Positions 44,990 through 62,276 are shown, counted from the stretch's first letter. The stretch: DNA of 64,000 bases from the human T2T-CHM13v2.0 reference genome, Homo sapiens (GCF_009914755.1 NC_060927.1), one strand, 5' to 3'. Notes: generated by a model not told the origin, from the sequence alone. Translations and numbers: made by a program.

Positions 44990-45740
44990 AAATTAATTTA
45001 TTCAGAAACATTATGGTTAAGCCTACTACGTGGGAGGCAGTATTTTAGTCACCAGAGTGTAGCAGTGAGCAAGAGAGATGCTCACCCTGCTGCTGGAGTG
45101 TGCAATTTGCTGGGGCATAGACAGATGCAATACAGCATTATAAGGGCTGGGGTAAGGGGGAGGAAAGGTGCTCTGGGAGAGGAGAGAACCCAACCTAGAC
45201 TTAGGAGTTCAGGAGTCTTCTTGGAAGCAGATAACACCCAACTGAGACTGTAAGGTTGAACAAATGTCAGCCATGTAATGGCACGAGGAAAGAAAATTTC
45301 CAGTAGGAGGAACAGCATATGTAAAAGCTAGGAGAAGGATTACAGGACCCATTCTGGGAACTGATTATGACGATGCCAGTGTAGACCTGAAGGCAGAAGG
45401 TGTCAGAGGTGAGGATATAGAATATTCAAGATCAGAAAAGACCTTATACAGTTAGACGAATAAGCTTGGACTTTGTTCTAAGGACAAGTGTAAAGCCATT
45501 GTTTAGATCGGTGTTTTAGAAAGATTACTCTGGTTGAAATGAGGAGAATGGAGTACATAGGGCATTCTATTCTCCACACCGAAGACAGCAACATGTTTAT
45601 AAGGCTGTTACAGTTGTCTATATAAGAGATGATAGTGACTAGGGTAGGGTGCTGGCAGTGGAGAACGAGAGAATTAGGTGGATTTGAGAGATCTTTAATA
45701 GAATCAATAGGACTTGGTGTTTGATTAGATGTTGGGGTGG
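44990..45740 (-). mobile_element. L2 fragment (probably resumes at about 46700-46850)
   Basis: Reversed L2 tail (ttattcagaaacattatggttaagcctactacgtg) and L2 body motifs. Confidence 0.7.
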
Positions 45741-45822
45741 GGTTGGGGGAGAGCTACAGAAAGAGAGAGAGAGACAGAGAGAGAGAGATAGAGAGGGAGC
45801 CTTCTCACTTGGGTGATCCTAT

Positions 45823-46522
45823 TCACCAACTACCTGCCAACAAACCTTCCTGCTTACTTACCCACCCACCCACCTGCCTACCTACCCACCAACCTACCTA
45901 CTTATCCACCCACCAACCTTTGTATTTACTTACCCACCCACCTGCCTACCCACTAACCTTCCTACTTACTTACCCACCTACCTACCTACCCACCTACCCA
46001 CCAAATTTCCTACTTACTTACCCACCCCCTCACCTACCCACCTACCCACCAACCTTCCTATTTACTTACACACCTACTCACCTACCTACCTACCCACCAA
46101 CCTACCTACTTACCCACCCACCTACCTACCCACCTACCCACCAACCTTCCTACTTACTTACCTACCCCCTCACCTACCTACCTACCCACCAACCTACCTA
46201 CTTACCCACCCACCTACCTACCCACCAACCTTCCTACTTACTTACCTACCCCCTCACCTACCTACCTACCCACCAACCTACCTACTTACCCACCCACTTA
46301 CCTACCCACCAACCTTCCTACTTAGTTACCCACCCACTTACCTACCCACGTACCTACCTACCTACCCACCGATCTACCTACTTACCCGCCCATCTACTCA
46401 TCTATCTACCCACAAACCTACTTACTTACTTACCTACCCTACCCACCTACCTACCTACCCACCAACCTACCTAGTTACTTACCTACTTACTTACCCACCC
46501 GCCCACCTACCTACCTACTTAC
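45823..46522. repeat. Complex (CCTA/CCCA/CTTA)n repeat with an 84-bp higher-order unit
   Basis: Direct reading. The 84-bp units start at about 46139, 46223 and 46307 and show as a 28-aa repeat in ORF 45737..46474. Confidence 0.95.
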
Positions 46523-47453
46523 ATATTTAGCTTTGTAACTAATCTTCAACTGTTAAACTAAATAATGCCTTCTTTGAATCATAGCTTAGGCTAAGGATGG
46601 GAGTGGAGTGGGGAAAGGAATAGTTATGTTTTCTTTTCTTGCTTATTGTCTGATAGAATCTGGGCCTTAGGACATCCAGTCCAACTCCTCCTTATGAGGA
46701 TGGATTGTGGGCAGTAGGGCCAAAGAGAGATAAATTAGGAAGCAATTGCAGTAATCTGGGTTTAGCCTGTATGATTACAGTGGGAATGGAGAGGAAAGGG
46801 TGAATCTAAGAGGTTTTCTGAGTGAAGAAATAAGAGGATTTAGTGACAAAACTGCATTACTTCTTACAAAGAGCAACAATATTGAATATGTATAGTTTTA
46901 AAAGAGCTTTCAAGTGTCTCAACATATTTGACCTTTACAAGTTACTTGTCCAAGGTCAATAGCTAGTTAATAACATAACCAGGGCCAGAACCCACATCTC
47001 TTAATTCTTACTCTTGCACACTTTTCATTAATGCAATCTTGCTTCCCCTCAACCCTCTCTGCCTCTCTAACCTGTTCTTTGCTTTAAGGATCAATCAATA
47101 TTGTAGCTTGGCAAATATTATCTAGGTTGGACAAAAGAGCAGAACAGAGCCCTTCTGTTTATCTCTTGTCACTTAATTTTCTGAGACAAACCAAGTTCAT
47201 TCTGTTTAGAAATAGAAGGTCAGTGATTCCACTCTCAGCCTCTTTTCTATCAGGAATGAAAGAAACTAAGTGGGATGTTAAAATGGGACTCTTTCAGTGT
47301 TGGCTGTGGTTCCAAAAGAACGAAAAAAGAAAAAAAGAATGAAGCAATAGGTGCCTGACTACCTAGTCTACCTATGCTGGACTTGCAAAAGGAATGGTAA
47401 AGTCTCTCTCTCTCTCACACACACACACGGTTTTTCATTTACAACATTTATAA

Positions 47454-47746
<293 letters not shown>

Positions 47747-48389
47747 AAATACAGATTTTCAACATTTCACCTATAACTCTGATAAAATGGCTAAAGTTGA
47801 AGGAGCCAAGGGAGAGTATTTCTAGGAAAAGAATGGTGAAGGATGTGTTTCTCATGGATCAGATCTGGGCCACCAAGGAGTGAGGCCGCCTGGAGCCATC
47901 TTGAATTCCACCCAGGTGCCTTCCTGGAAGGGTGAGGATTGGTGACAGTCTCACTGAAACTGCAGTTGGATATTCCCTGCAGGAATCTCTGAGGGACCCA
48001 CAGAAGCAGAACATGAGAGAATGTGCTTGTGGTAAACATCCATCAAGCCCAGAGAGCACCTAGGCTGGCTCATGACTGTACCCACCACACATGGCTGGGC
48101 TCCTTTGCTGCCTCTCACTGCTTTGGGCCCTGCCGTGGAGGCCTTGGAGACTGTGGCTAGTGAGCAGAGGGGGAAGGAGTAGGGCCGGGAGAGAGAAGGT
48201 TGGGCAGAGGACTAGGCCTAAATGTGCTCCTAGCTTGGGGAGTGGGAAACTCTAAATTGTGAATATGTAAGAGTCATATAATTACTATAGAGGACTGGAT
48301 GTTTTAGTGATTGAAACAATACTGTCCTTGAGACCAAAAGTGTCTGGAAGCTTTTTATTATCTTAGAATGATTGGAAAAGCTATGGGAC

Positions 48390-48710
48390 TGTTATGGGTT
48401 GAATTGTGTTCCTCAAAATGATATTTTTAAGTTCTAACACCCAGAATTTATAAATATGACCTTGCTTGGAAATTGGGTCTTTGCAGATGTAATCAAGTTC
48501 AGACGAGGTTCTTAGGGTGGGCTCTTAATCCAATACGGCTGATTTCCTCGTAAGAAGAACATGTAAACAAAGAGAGGAGATGCCATTTCAAGACACACGA
48601 AGACATAGAAGGAAGATGGCCTGTGAAGATGGAGGCAGAGACTGGAGTGGTGTGGCTACAAACTAAAGAGCACCAGGTTCCTGGGGCTACAGAAGCTGGA
48701 GGAGGCAGCT
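48390..48710 (+). mobile_element. MaLR LTR (MLT1B/C-like), 3'-truncated
   Basis: Starts tgttatgggttgaattgtgttcctcaaaa and includes gtgaagatggaggcagagactggagtg. Confidence 0.8.
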
Positions 48711-50017
48711 ATGTTCTTAGACTATGAAGCTGAAAAAGCCAGTTCCTGACCTCAAGGGTCTCACAATCACTTGGAAGGAACAGCTGGGGTGTTGAAAAGT
48801 ATTCTGCACCAAGTCAGAAAACATACACTCTTGTCCTGGTGCTACCACTCCCCTAGAGATGTGATCTCAGCCAAATCAAATAACCTTTCCTCACATCCAA
48901 ATGTTTGGAAAATATTTCTGTAAGTTGTGAAGAGTTATACCAGGGTTAGGTGATGTTATTGTTGTTGCTTTTTTTTTTTAAATAAAAACACTTTTCTTAT
49001 ATCATTTGAATGTTCACAGAGATGTGAGACAATATATCAGTCGGTAATGGTTGCTGCTAACTAGCACAGCACAAAACAATCCTAAGTTCTGAGAGGACAA
49101 AACAGCAATAGTGGCTTTGTCTTTTTTCTCTGGGAGGCAGAGCTTGTGATTTATTTTTTAAAAGTATATTTAGAATCTGAAGAACATTGCTGACTCAAGA
49201 GAAATGTGAATTGAAGGTCATAGTTGCATCTAAAGTTATGCTGTCATGACTTTTGAATAATTAAAAGATTGTTTTCAGGGATAATTGTAGTCCCACATTT
49301 TAACTAAATATTTAAGGAAAATAAACGATAAACATGCTCTATTTTCATATGGGGAACTCCAAAGAGCCCATTAACTGTCCAGATGGCCCGGAATGGGATT
49401 AAAGCAGATTTAAATTAGGGATCACTGAAATCTTCAAAATTAGATTTAAGTGGGTGTTAGGAGAGTATTTTAGAGACTTCCTAAAATTCACTCAAAATAT
49501 GAGAAAACAATGATTTTTATTTCATTTAGGTATCTGTATTGGTATTTTTTGATCAAATACTTCAGAAAATTTTTAGAAAATAATGTAGGCAAACCAAGTT
49601 CATTGTAGGCAAATTAGACAAATACATGAACAAAAAGAAAAAATAACCTTCCTAATTTTACTGTCTAGATGTAATCACTGAGAGCACTTCAGTATATCTT
49701 ATTTTAGGTTTTCCCCTTACATTTACATGTAAAAACCGTTGCTCGTCAACTCTGAATCCAAGGGCCAGTTATTTCCTTCTGTGAGCTCTAGTTTTCTCAT
49801 CTATAAAAAGGAGTTAAAATGCCTACTTCACAGGATAGTCAGGAGGAGCACATTTTATAACACTTATAAAATATTTGGCAGAGTGGCTGGAACATAAGTG
49901 CTCAACAAACATTAGATGTATACTTATTTTGTGAAAGTAGAACTTTACTGTGCACATAATTTTATAATCCTTTATTATGGATATATTTACATATCAATAA
50001 AGAGGCCATTGATTTGC

Positions 50018-51625
50018 ACTGAGCTCCTATACTAGGCCCAAGAGACCAAATCAAAATGGAGTCACTCATGCTGAAGTTACAGGCCACCAAAACTAAGTGA
50101 TTTATTTGACCTTTTGAGAAATCAGGAGAGAGAGAAGAGACAGATCCCCAAACAGGCCTCTTTTGGGTCCCTGTTTCTGTTTTCTTTAGCCTCTTTTTTG
50201 CTTATAAAGTCAACTTCTTCTGCACAGCTCATCAGATAACCTTTTCTAAATTTTTAGAATTAGGTAGACGCTATGCTTATTCATGAATCACAAATAAAAA
50301 CCAATTAGATCATTTAACCAAATTTGTTGTGGTTTTGTCTTTTGACAGTAGTCATGGGATTATTCAGGTGGTATATTTTAGACTAAAGTCTGAAGTCTAC
50401 CTTGGTTTGGGCTTCTTAGCCTTGAGAGATTTTGAAAAGTCTAATCTGAGATACCTTATCAAAAATGCCAGCAAAGCAGACTTAAAAAGAGCCTATGTGG
50501 TCAATCACTATTCATGCTGCAGTTATGTAAATAATCAGGCCAAGTTTGATGAGACTATTTTGCAAAAAATTAGTCTTACTTTGATTATCTTTGACAGAAA
50601 TGGGGGTGACTATAGAGAGAAAAATTATATTTTAGAAGAAAAACTATAATACATTGTTGTTAGATTGTATTCCTATTCATTTCTTTTGAGTTTTTGTTAT
50701 CTACCTGTAGACTGGACTGGATCCTAAATTCTAGTTTCTTTCAATATCTGGCTATAAATTTTCAACTAAGAAAAAGAATTGCTCTGTTCCTGAAAACCTA
50801 TAAGCTGAAAGTGAACAATTCAATAGAAATTTCAGGGAACAAGTCTCATTCCTTATATGTAGGCCACACTGAGTTTACCAAAGTACCTGATGCCGTAACT
50901 GAGACCTTCAAACTGCAAATCAGAATGAGAAGTTGTTGACTTCCTACTGTGAACAGCTTTTCCCAAGACATTGGAACAAGACTCCTCATCATGATGAGAC
51001 TCTTAACTCTCTTAATTTTTCTTCACTTATGCCTACCTCTTTCACTTGGCAGGATAATGCTGTAACTTCACAATCAGTAGCTTCTGTGAATAACTTGATG
51101 AAGCATTGGATCCATTATGTCATCATGCCATACCCAGATCTTTATGCAGCCTAAGAGATCCTTTAGTCCACCCGGTGGCTAACTTTAGCAACATCCCTTA
51201 CATAACTGTTTGCTCAATTGGTACAAGTGGTCCCTTTTATAGAGTTAGACTTTTAGACTAACTTGTTCGCACTATCTGTTCTGATTTAACCCAGTCATGG
51301 GATGCTAAATAGTGGAATTGCTACCTACTAGCTGAACATGGAGAAATCTGTGCAGTTGCTGGCATTTCTTGTTGCACACGGATAAATACGTTGGGTATTG
51401 TCAAAACTCAGTTGTAAAAATTAATAAACAGGCTGCTTGGTTAAAACAGGTAGACTCCTCATCTGGCTCACTGTTGGATCTATTAGATTTTAGTTGATTT
51501 AGTTCGTGAGAACCCTGGCTAAGGAGTGCATCCAAACTCTCAGTATTATCCTCCTGATGGCCATAGAGTAGTCTTCCTGCTGTGTTGCATTCCCCCAAAA
51601 GTTTTAAATGTTTGCCTGTAGCCAT
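50018..51625 (+). mobile_element. ERV1 (MER4-group) remnant: MER34/MER39-like LTR at about 50018-50347, then internal sequence with a decayed env TM region
   Basis: LTR motif caaaatggagtcactcatgct and end aataaa...ttttgaca. Bases 51322-51417 translate to YLLAEHGEICAVAGISCCTRINTLGIVKTQL*, which contains CX6CC. Confidence 0.8.
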
Positions 51626-53254
51626 CCATCAAATACCTACCTTGGCCTTCCAGTGTTTGCTGAAAAATCAAATTTTTAGATACAGACTGTCAATAAAGAC
51701 GTTATGTATCTTTTCTTTCAAGAATAATCTTAAAATGTTTTTGAAATTCTTCAAAATTTCTGGCCTTTTAGTGGCATTCCTTCTTATTACCTAGTACTAA
51801 TAATGTTTTTTTCCACTTGTGTTTTGTCTGTTTATTCCAATAACAATTTGAGAAAAGGAAATTAAAAACAGGTAAAAATCAGAGATATCATGTGATTCAG
51901 ATTTCAGAAAAATTAAAGTTTCCTTAAGTTGCATTTAACTTGGTTGTACTGGGCTGCCTCTACATACTGATATGTCCTCAAAACACAAACATTCAATTTC
52001 AAGAGTATTAAAAGTAATGGTGACCTTTACTATAGCTTCTCTTAAACAAATATCAACAGTCACTTTTTTAAAAGCCAAACATTCATTTGCTTCTGATAAG
52101 TTCTGTGAGTTTGACTAGGAATTAAAATGTTTAGATTGTAAACCTATGTCTTTTATTAGGCCTGGGAAATTTTACATTGTTATGTACAAAACATCACTAT
52201 CCTTGTTGCTGCAAGACTTGGGTTTGCATCTTGACTGTTGTCTAACTAATAACTGTTAGAATTATTTTGAAGATTAAGTAAGATAGAAAATGTGTGTGCA
52301 AAACAGTACAAGCTTGACAAATAATAGATGCTTGATACTTGTAGAGGATGGTAGGATAAGAGCAAATAAAGATATTTCTCAAATTAAGGAATTTTAAAAA
52401 GAAATAATTTAGCCATCTATTGATTGTTTTTACTTAAGAAGGAAACGCTTTATATATATATTTTAAAATGTTATCTTTTATCCTCAGTGTTCTGACATAG
52501 CTTGCTCTCCAATGACAGGCTTTTAAGGAGAAAAAGTTTCCAACACAGGCTGTTAAATGTATTCGTTGTTATGGAGAACACAATCTCTAAACTAATCAGC
52601 AAATCCAGACTCTGATAAAGAAAGGCTTTCTCATTTGAGAAAGAAAAAAAAAATCTATTTTTTTTTCGGTAGAAAGACAAGGGGATACATTTTGCAGGTG
52701 ATATATGAGATGCAATGTTACTGATTTTCTTTTCCACTTGGCCTTGAGGTAAGGAAATGAAGAGATTCAAGAAAAATTCCAGTTCCAAGAAGATGATTGA
52801 AATCTGTTTACAAAATTAGGTGTGGATTAAAAAGCAACTGACATAAATTAAAGGTTTTCAACTAAAGACTTAATTGTTCCTAGGCTTTTATACTGTTTTC
52901 TTTAAATACACTGTAATTCAGCATCATATTTTTCAAATGGTGACAAAAATACCCACTGTATTCTTTAGCTAAAAATTACATTAAAGATGAGTTGAGACCC
53001 ACTTCGCAGTCAGGCTTTTACAGATGTAACTGCTGGATTCCAAAATAATAAACATTGTCACTTGGTTAAATTTTTCCAAAGGAAATAAGACAGAAATGTC
53101 CAATTGAGCGCTAGATTATTAAATCTTAACCAAATGTAGCTATTGGCTAAAGTCTTATACTGAGAAAAAGAAACAGGATTCTTTGGGTCCATTCACAGAA
53201 GGTTGAGTTCTATTTTTCAATGCCATAGAAACTCACATAACTTCTGTAGTTTTT

Positions 53255-55225
<1,971 letters not shown>

Positions 55226-58130
55226 ATTAAATTTTGGGAGATTTAAATTCATTCAACTTCTTAAAGTACTTGAAGTTGTTTTCCCTCACATATGTAGTAC
55301 ACTCAGATTCTATGAACAGGTTACTGCCTTGTTTATCAACTCAGAACAAGGTGGCACAACATGATCAGAGATTCCTATTTTGTGCATATTTTACTGAAAC
55401 AGGAGGTGCCTTCTGTATGTGTCACCTACATATTTCATACAGGAAAAACCTCCTTCAACAGGGCTTTAGAAATGTATCAATTTCACCACCACAAATTAGA
55501 TGTCACTGGTATAGATGAGATAAATAGCACACAGCATAGTTCGTCATGTCATAAATGTTCCTTGGCAGTCAGCATACTTTAGTGGATTTATGTAAAATGC
55601 TCCTGTTCCTTTGAAAATACTCCAAAGGTCCTGTAAAAATCATGAAGTGGTCCAACAAACTGGAATAATTTTGCTGGATCACAATGCTGCTCAATTGATC
55701 TCATTTTAACAATGGGGTAATATTATACATGCACCAACTTTTCAAAGCTTCTGCCTTCTAGCCTGCTGCTGCTAAGGTACAGGTGTAACACAGCTGTGAT
55801 GTGGAACCAAGTCTTCCCATGCAGTCAGATTGAGTCAGGGCTCTGTCATCAAAGCTCTGTAACTAGGACGGGTAGCTGTTTCTAGTTTCATTTGCAAATG
55901 AATGGACACAGCAGGACTTCAGAAGGGTTCACATCGAATGGTCATAAATATACGAAGAACAAATTTAGCACTCTCCAGAGCTAGTGTTAAGAGCTAAAAC
56001 AGGAAACTATTTAATAAAAATTTTAAAAGAGGGCTTATGTTTATGTCATTCATCCTTCCTGAATCTTGGTCCAATTTGAAGAACATCAAACCATATTTTA
56101 ATAAATATTTTATAAATATTTTTATAAATAGAACAGTATGTAGAGTCATTTTATTGAACTTTGAGCATCTACCCAGAATATGCTTTGTAACATGTCCCTT
56201 GTAATTAGTTTTGTTGAGATGTGTTAACTTCAATGAATATACTAAAGAAGGCAGGAAGACCACTGAAGAGTGATAGAGAAAAATCTGAGAAAACTAAGGA
56301 AAGCACCATCAACAGCAACAAAATTAGAGGATGAAAATACGTTGTCCTCAAGAACTTCACAGGACATAGATTAAGGAATGATTTTTGGCAGAAATTGGAA
56401 AACATACTCTGGGCAATATAGTAATGAGAAATCCTGCATTTCCCCCCTTACTTGGAAAGGGACTTGTTAGGTAAAGATTTGGCAATGACAGAATTTAGTT
56501 AGGAGTGAAAAACAACTGAAGCTGGTGATGTAAGTTCATGCAAGGAACTCAATCACAAATTCAATCATACTAGATGTTCTCTTTTCCCATCATGGCTTAA
56601 ATTACTGGAGCAGAAATTTAGAGTAGACATAAAGAAAATATATTCTGATTGAAACGACTGCAAGACATCGAAATAGGTTACCTAGGAAAGTTTTGGAATA
56701 TTCTTTTTTAGTGATTACTAAAAAAAGAACTGATACTCAGGGCTGGCCCTAGGCAAAAATGAAGAATCACAGACACAGATCATCACGGCAGGACAGCCTT
56801 AGAAATCATTGAGTCCAGAGATTCCCAAACTTGTCTGCACATCAAATCACCTGAAGATCTTTTCAGAATTCCAAAGCCCGGGTACAACCAGGACCCAACT
56901 AAATCACAATCTCTGGGGATGGGACACAGGCATCAAGATTTTTGGAAGCTCAGCAGGTAGTTCCAATGGCAGCCGAATTTGGGTATCATGATGTAATCTA
57001 ATGGTATCATGTTATAGATGAAGAAACTGAGGCCTGCAGAGAGAAAGGGACTTTTCTAAGACTGCTGGGGCAGCAAGTAGTGGAGAACTAGAACCTGTCT
57101 CCTGACCCTGATCTAATACACAAGGTATATTTTAAGAAAACAAGCAAACAACATACCTTATAAAATGAATATGTTGTCATTATAGGTAATTTTTTTAAAA
57201 TATGGAAATTGTCAATGAAAAATAATTATTCAATCTCACCATCCAGAGATAAATTATTAATCACTGTTGATACTTTTGCATTTCCTTCTACTCTTTTCCC
57301 AAGGTTCTGATGTACTTTTTAATTTTTGTAAAAGGTCAGCCCTTATGGGAAAGGCTTTCTGGGAAGTTATAGGTACAGATAGTGCTTGGGGATACTGGGC
57401 CACATATCTATCTACCTTTGCTTCCCCTTCCTCCCATGGACACACAGCATGAGGTCCCATCTTTCCTGACACCTGCATGTAGCCTGATAATTAAATGGGT
57501 TCAGGATGGATTATGCAAGTTCTTCCTGAGTAATGAGGCAGAGACCAGGTGTAAAAGGCATCCTTTGCAGAAGTGGTGTCAACCAAAGTTGTACACCCAT
57601 ATTCAGGTCTCTGGAACCAGAGGAAGCTAGACTGAGAAGCTGCATCTGCTTCTGCTCATGTGACCACTTCACTTCCATTATGCTCCGGATCCTTGCCTAA
57701 ATAAATCCAGAACCCTAACTTTACAGTGGTCTGTATATATTTGAGTGCGTGTGTGCATGTGTGTGTGTTCTCACCCATTTCAGGCAACCTGAAGGATGCA
57801 AAGCCGTTATTTAGAATGGGGTCATGTCTTTATTACTTGATCCAAATAACCACTGTGATTTGGTGGATCTGTAAAATGAAACTTCCCTGATGAAAGAAAT
57901 AACTCTAATTTTGAAGACCATATTGTATTATTGCCACCTGGCTAGTTAAAACTTCAATCTAATTTATGAGGTGACTCTTAATTCTGATTCTTATAATTCA
58001 GTGTCTATTCATGATAGGTGGGAAGCAAATGCTTTAGCATCAAAAATAGATCATTTTGGAAAGGAAGACTGTCTTTAGAAGACCAAATGAGTCATAGACA
58101 AGGAAGCGGTTAACTTCAAATGCATCTTTC

Positions 58131-58538
<408 letters not shown>

Positions 58539-59471
58539 CTAAGTTTAACTCACCCAGATTGGTCATACTTATTCTGTGAAAATTAAATCTTTTTTTCACA
58601 TTTACGTTTAAAAATCGTGTGATCTATCTATTTCTCTTCTGTAGCCAGATCAGATATCTAATCCTGTACATATTTGCATAGCCACTTCATCGATGTGAAG
58701 GACAGGGATTCACCCCTTTTATATGGCTACTCCAGCTTTTTGATGTGGGAAACAATTTGTGTCTAATAATCCAATAATCCAATATATTCTGATTTTTTGG
58801 GGCTTGAGGTTATTTATTCATTTTTTACTCTTTTGATACAAGGTCACTAAGATAGGATATCCCTATAAGTGTTTTATTCTCAGATTTTACCATATAACTC
58901 AGCTTTTTACAGGAAATCACATACATATCCAATTATTTGCTTGTGGCTCATGTATGGTATGAATACTTTCTGGGTATGTTTTAATACTCCACTGCACTTT
59001 CCTTAGTCTCTTTCCATGCCTCCAATTCTCTCAGTCCATTAAAGGTAGCTCTGCCCTTGTCACTGACTGCTGGATATTTCCAAGAATATCAAGTAATTTT
59101 AATATACATTAAAACAGATTAATAAGAAAAATCTGAGATAAGGAAAGAAAAATATATTTCCAACCAAATTCCAAGTTCAGATAATTTCTAGTACTGTTTA
59201 CTATCTGAATTCAGAGTTTCCTTCTTCTATCAACAGCTCCAAGGAAAAGTGCAAATGTGGTTTCTAGTTCTGCCTGCCAATAATCAGCAATGTATATTTG
59301 TTTCCAAGTCCCTTAACATCTCTGGATTTCAGCCCCTTCTCCACCATGATGGGTTGGGCCCTATAAATCCCTGGTATGAGGCCCAAACTTTAACATGGCC
59401 TGTGACATTTCACAGGACACTACCAGGGGTTCCAGAGAAGACCTCTGGGAATGTCATTTATATCTATGATG

Positions 59472-59769
59472 GGCCAGGCGCGGTGGCTCACGCCTGTAAT
59501 GCCAGCACTTTGGGAGGCTGAGACGGGCAGATCACCTGAGGTCAGGAGTTTGAGACCAGCCTGGCCAACATGGTAAAATGCCGTTTCTACTAAAAATACA
59601 AAAATTAGCCAGCCATGGTGGTGCGTGCCTGTAATCCCAGCTACTCAGGAGGCTGAGGCAGCAGAATCACTGGAACCCTGGAGGCAGAGGTTGCAGGGAG
59701 CCGAGGGCACACCACTGCACTCCAGCCTGGGTGACAGAGAGAGACTCTGTCTCAAAAAAACAAAAAAAA
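59472..59769 (+). mobile_element. AluS followed by an L1M 3' fragment (minus, about 59780-60083)
   Basis: Alu consensus with ctatgat on both sides, then reverse L1M 3' UTR motifs. Confidence 0.9.
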
Positions 59770-60084
59770 CTATGATAGTTAGTTTTTAAAATTTGTTGTT
59801 GATACATAAGAGTTGTACATATTTATGAGGTATATGTGATGTTTCGTAGGCATACAATGTGTAACAATCAAATCAGGGTAATTAGGCTATCCTACACCTC
59901 ACACACTTACCATTTCTTTGTGTTGAGAACATTTCAAATCTTCTAGCTATTTTGAAATATACAATAAATTATTGTTAACTATAGTTGCCCTACTGTGCCA
60001 TTCAACACTAGAACTTATTCTATCTTACTATATTTTTGCACCCATCAACCAACCTCGTTTCATCACCCCCACCACCTCCCCAGC

Positions 60085-60938
60085 TGTGATGGTTAACTTT
60101 ATGTGTCAACTTGACTGGGCCATGGAGTGCTGAGGTATTTGCTTCAACATTATTTCTGGGTGTGCTTATGAGGGTATTTCTGAATGAGCCTAGCATTTGA
60201 ATCAGTAGACTGAGTAAAGCAGATTGCCCTCCCCAGTTGGAAGAGCATCATTCAACCTGTTGAGGGCCTTAATAGAACAAAAGGCAGAGAAAGGGAGAAT
60301 TTACTCTCTCTACCTGGTTGCTTGAGCTGAGACATTGGTCTTCTCCTGCCCTCAGACTTGGTCTTACACCATCAGCTCTCCTGGTCCTCAGGCCTTCAGA
60401 TTTAGACTGAGCTTACACCAAAGGTTCTTCTGGTACTCAGTCAGACCTTTGGACTCAGACTGGAACTACACCCCAAACTCACCAGAGTCTCCAGTATGCA
60501 AATGGCAGATCTAGAGACATCTCAGCCTCCACAATTGTGTGAGCCAATTCCTGATAATAAATCTAAATATGGAGATATATATAGAGATCTACATATGAAG
60601 ATCTCGCTCTCCCTGCCTCCCTCTCTCTCTCTCCCTTTCTCCGTGTGTGTGTGTGTGTGTATATATATATGTATATCCACCCACCCCACCCAACCAATAG
60701 GAGATATGTCTGTATATATTGATATATCTCCTATTGGTGATATAGTGTGATATTGGATGGGGTGGGTGGATATATATGTGCATATGTATTTATATATAGA
60801 TATCTGTATATTGATTGATATATAGATAACTGTATATTGATTGATATATAGATATCTGTATATTGATTGATATACAGATATTGGTATACAGCTATATCTC
60901 CTCTTGGTTCTGTTTCACTGGAGAACCCCGACTAATAT
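60085..60938 (+). mobile_element. ERVL solo LTR (MLT2-type) with expanded internal simple repeats
   Basis: Starts tgtgatggttaactttatgtgtcaacttgactggg and ends ttggttctgtttcactggagaaccccgactaatata. Confidence 0.9.
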
Positions 60939-61269
60939 AAGATCTAAGGTACTGATGACTGATCACCTGGGAAGAAGAGGTATAACGGGTTGCCCTCATG
61001 GAAAAGGATTATTCTCTTAATCAATAGGAAGTATTTAGTTATTAAACAGCTATATACCCAGCATATTAAAGCATATTATATGAATAAAGTCAAATGAATA
61101 AAGGAAATTCAAGATGTCTCTTTGCCCACAGGGAGTTTACCAACTTTCCATTGAATCCTGAATGGTTGTGTATTTGATGTTCTACATATTAAACCAATAA
61201 GCAGCTTAAGTGTTTTTAGTCAGAAAAGAATATTTAGTCATTCAGTATTTTGATTTTACTTTATAAAAA

Positions 61270-62150
<881 letters not shown>

Positions 62151-62276
62151 AATTAATAGCAACTTCTCTCGACAGTAAAATAAATGTGTGCATGTGACAG
62201 AGAAACAGAAAGAGTGATGGTTTCTAATATTCCCACAACTCAAAGTTTATTTAGAATATCAGAGCTGGAAGGGCCC

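Noticed and set aside
45737-46474. 245-aa P/T/Y/L/H-rich ORF, the longest in the window
   Set aside because: It is a translation of the simple repeat, which rarely produces stops on this strand. It starts at GTG, has no promoter or splice context, and is antisense to PEX5L.
46140-46500. TAG|GTAAGT motifs as recursive splice sites
   Set aside because: The upstream sequence on the transcribed strand is purine-rich with no polypyrimidine tract, so the acceptor half is missing.
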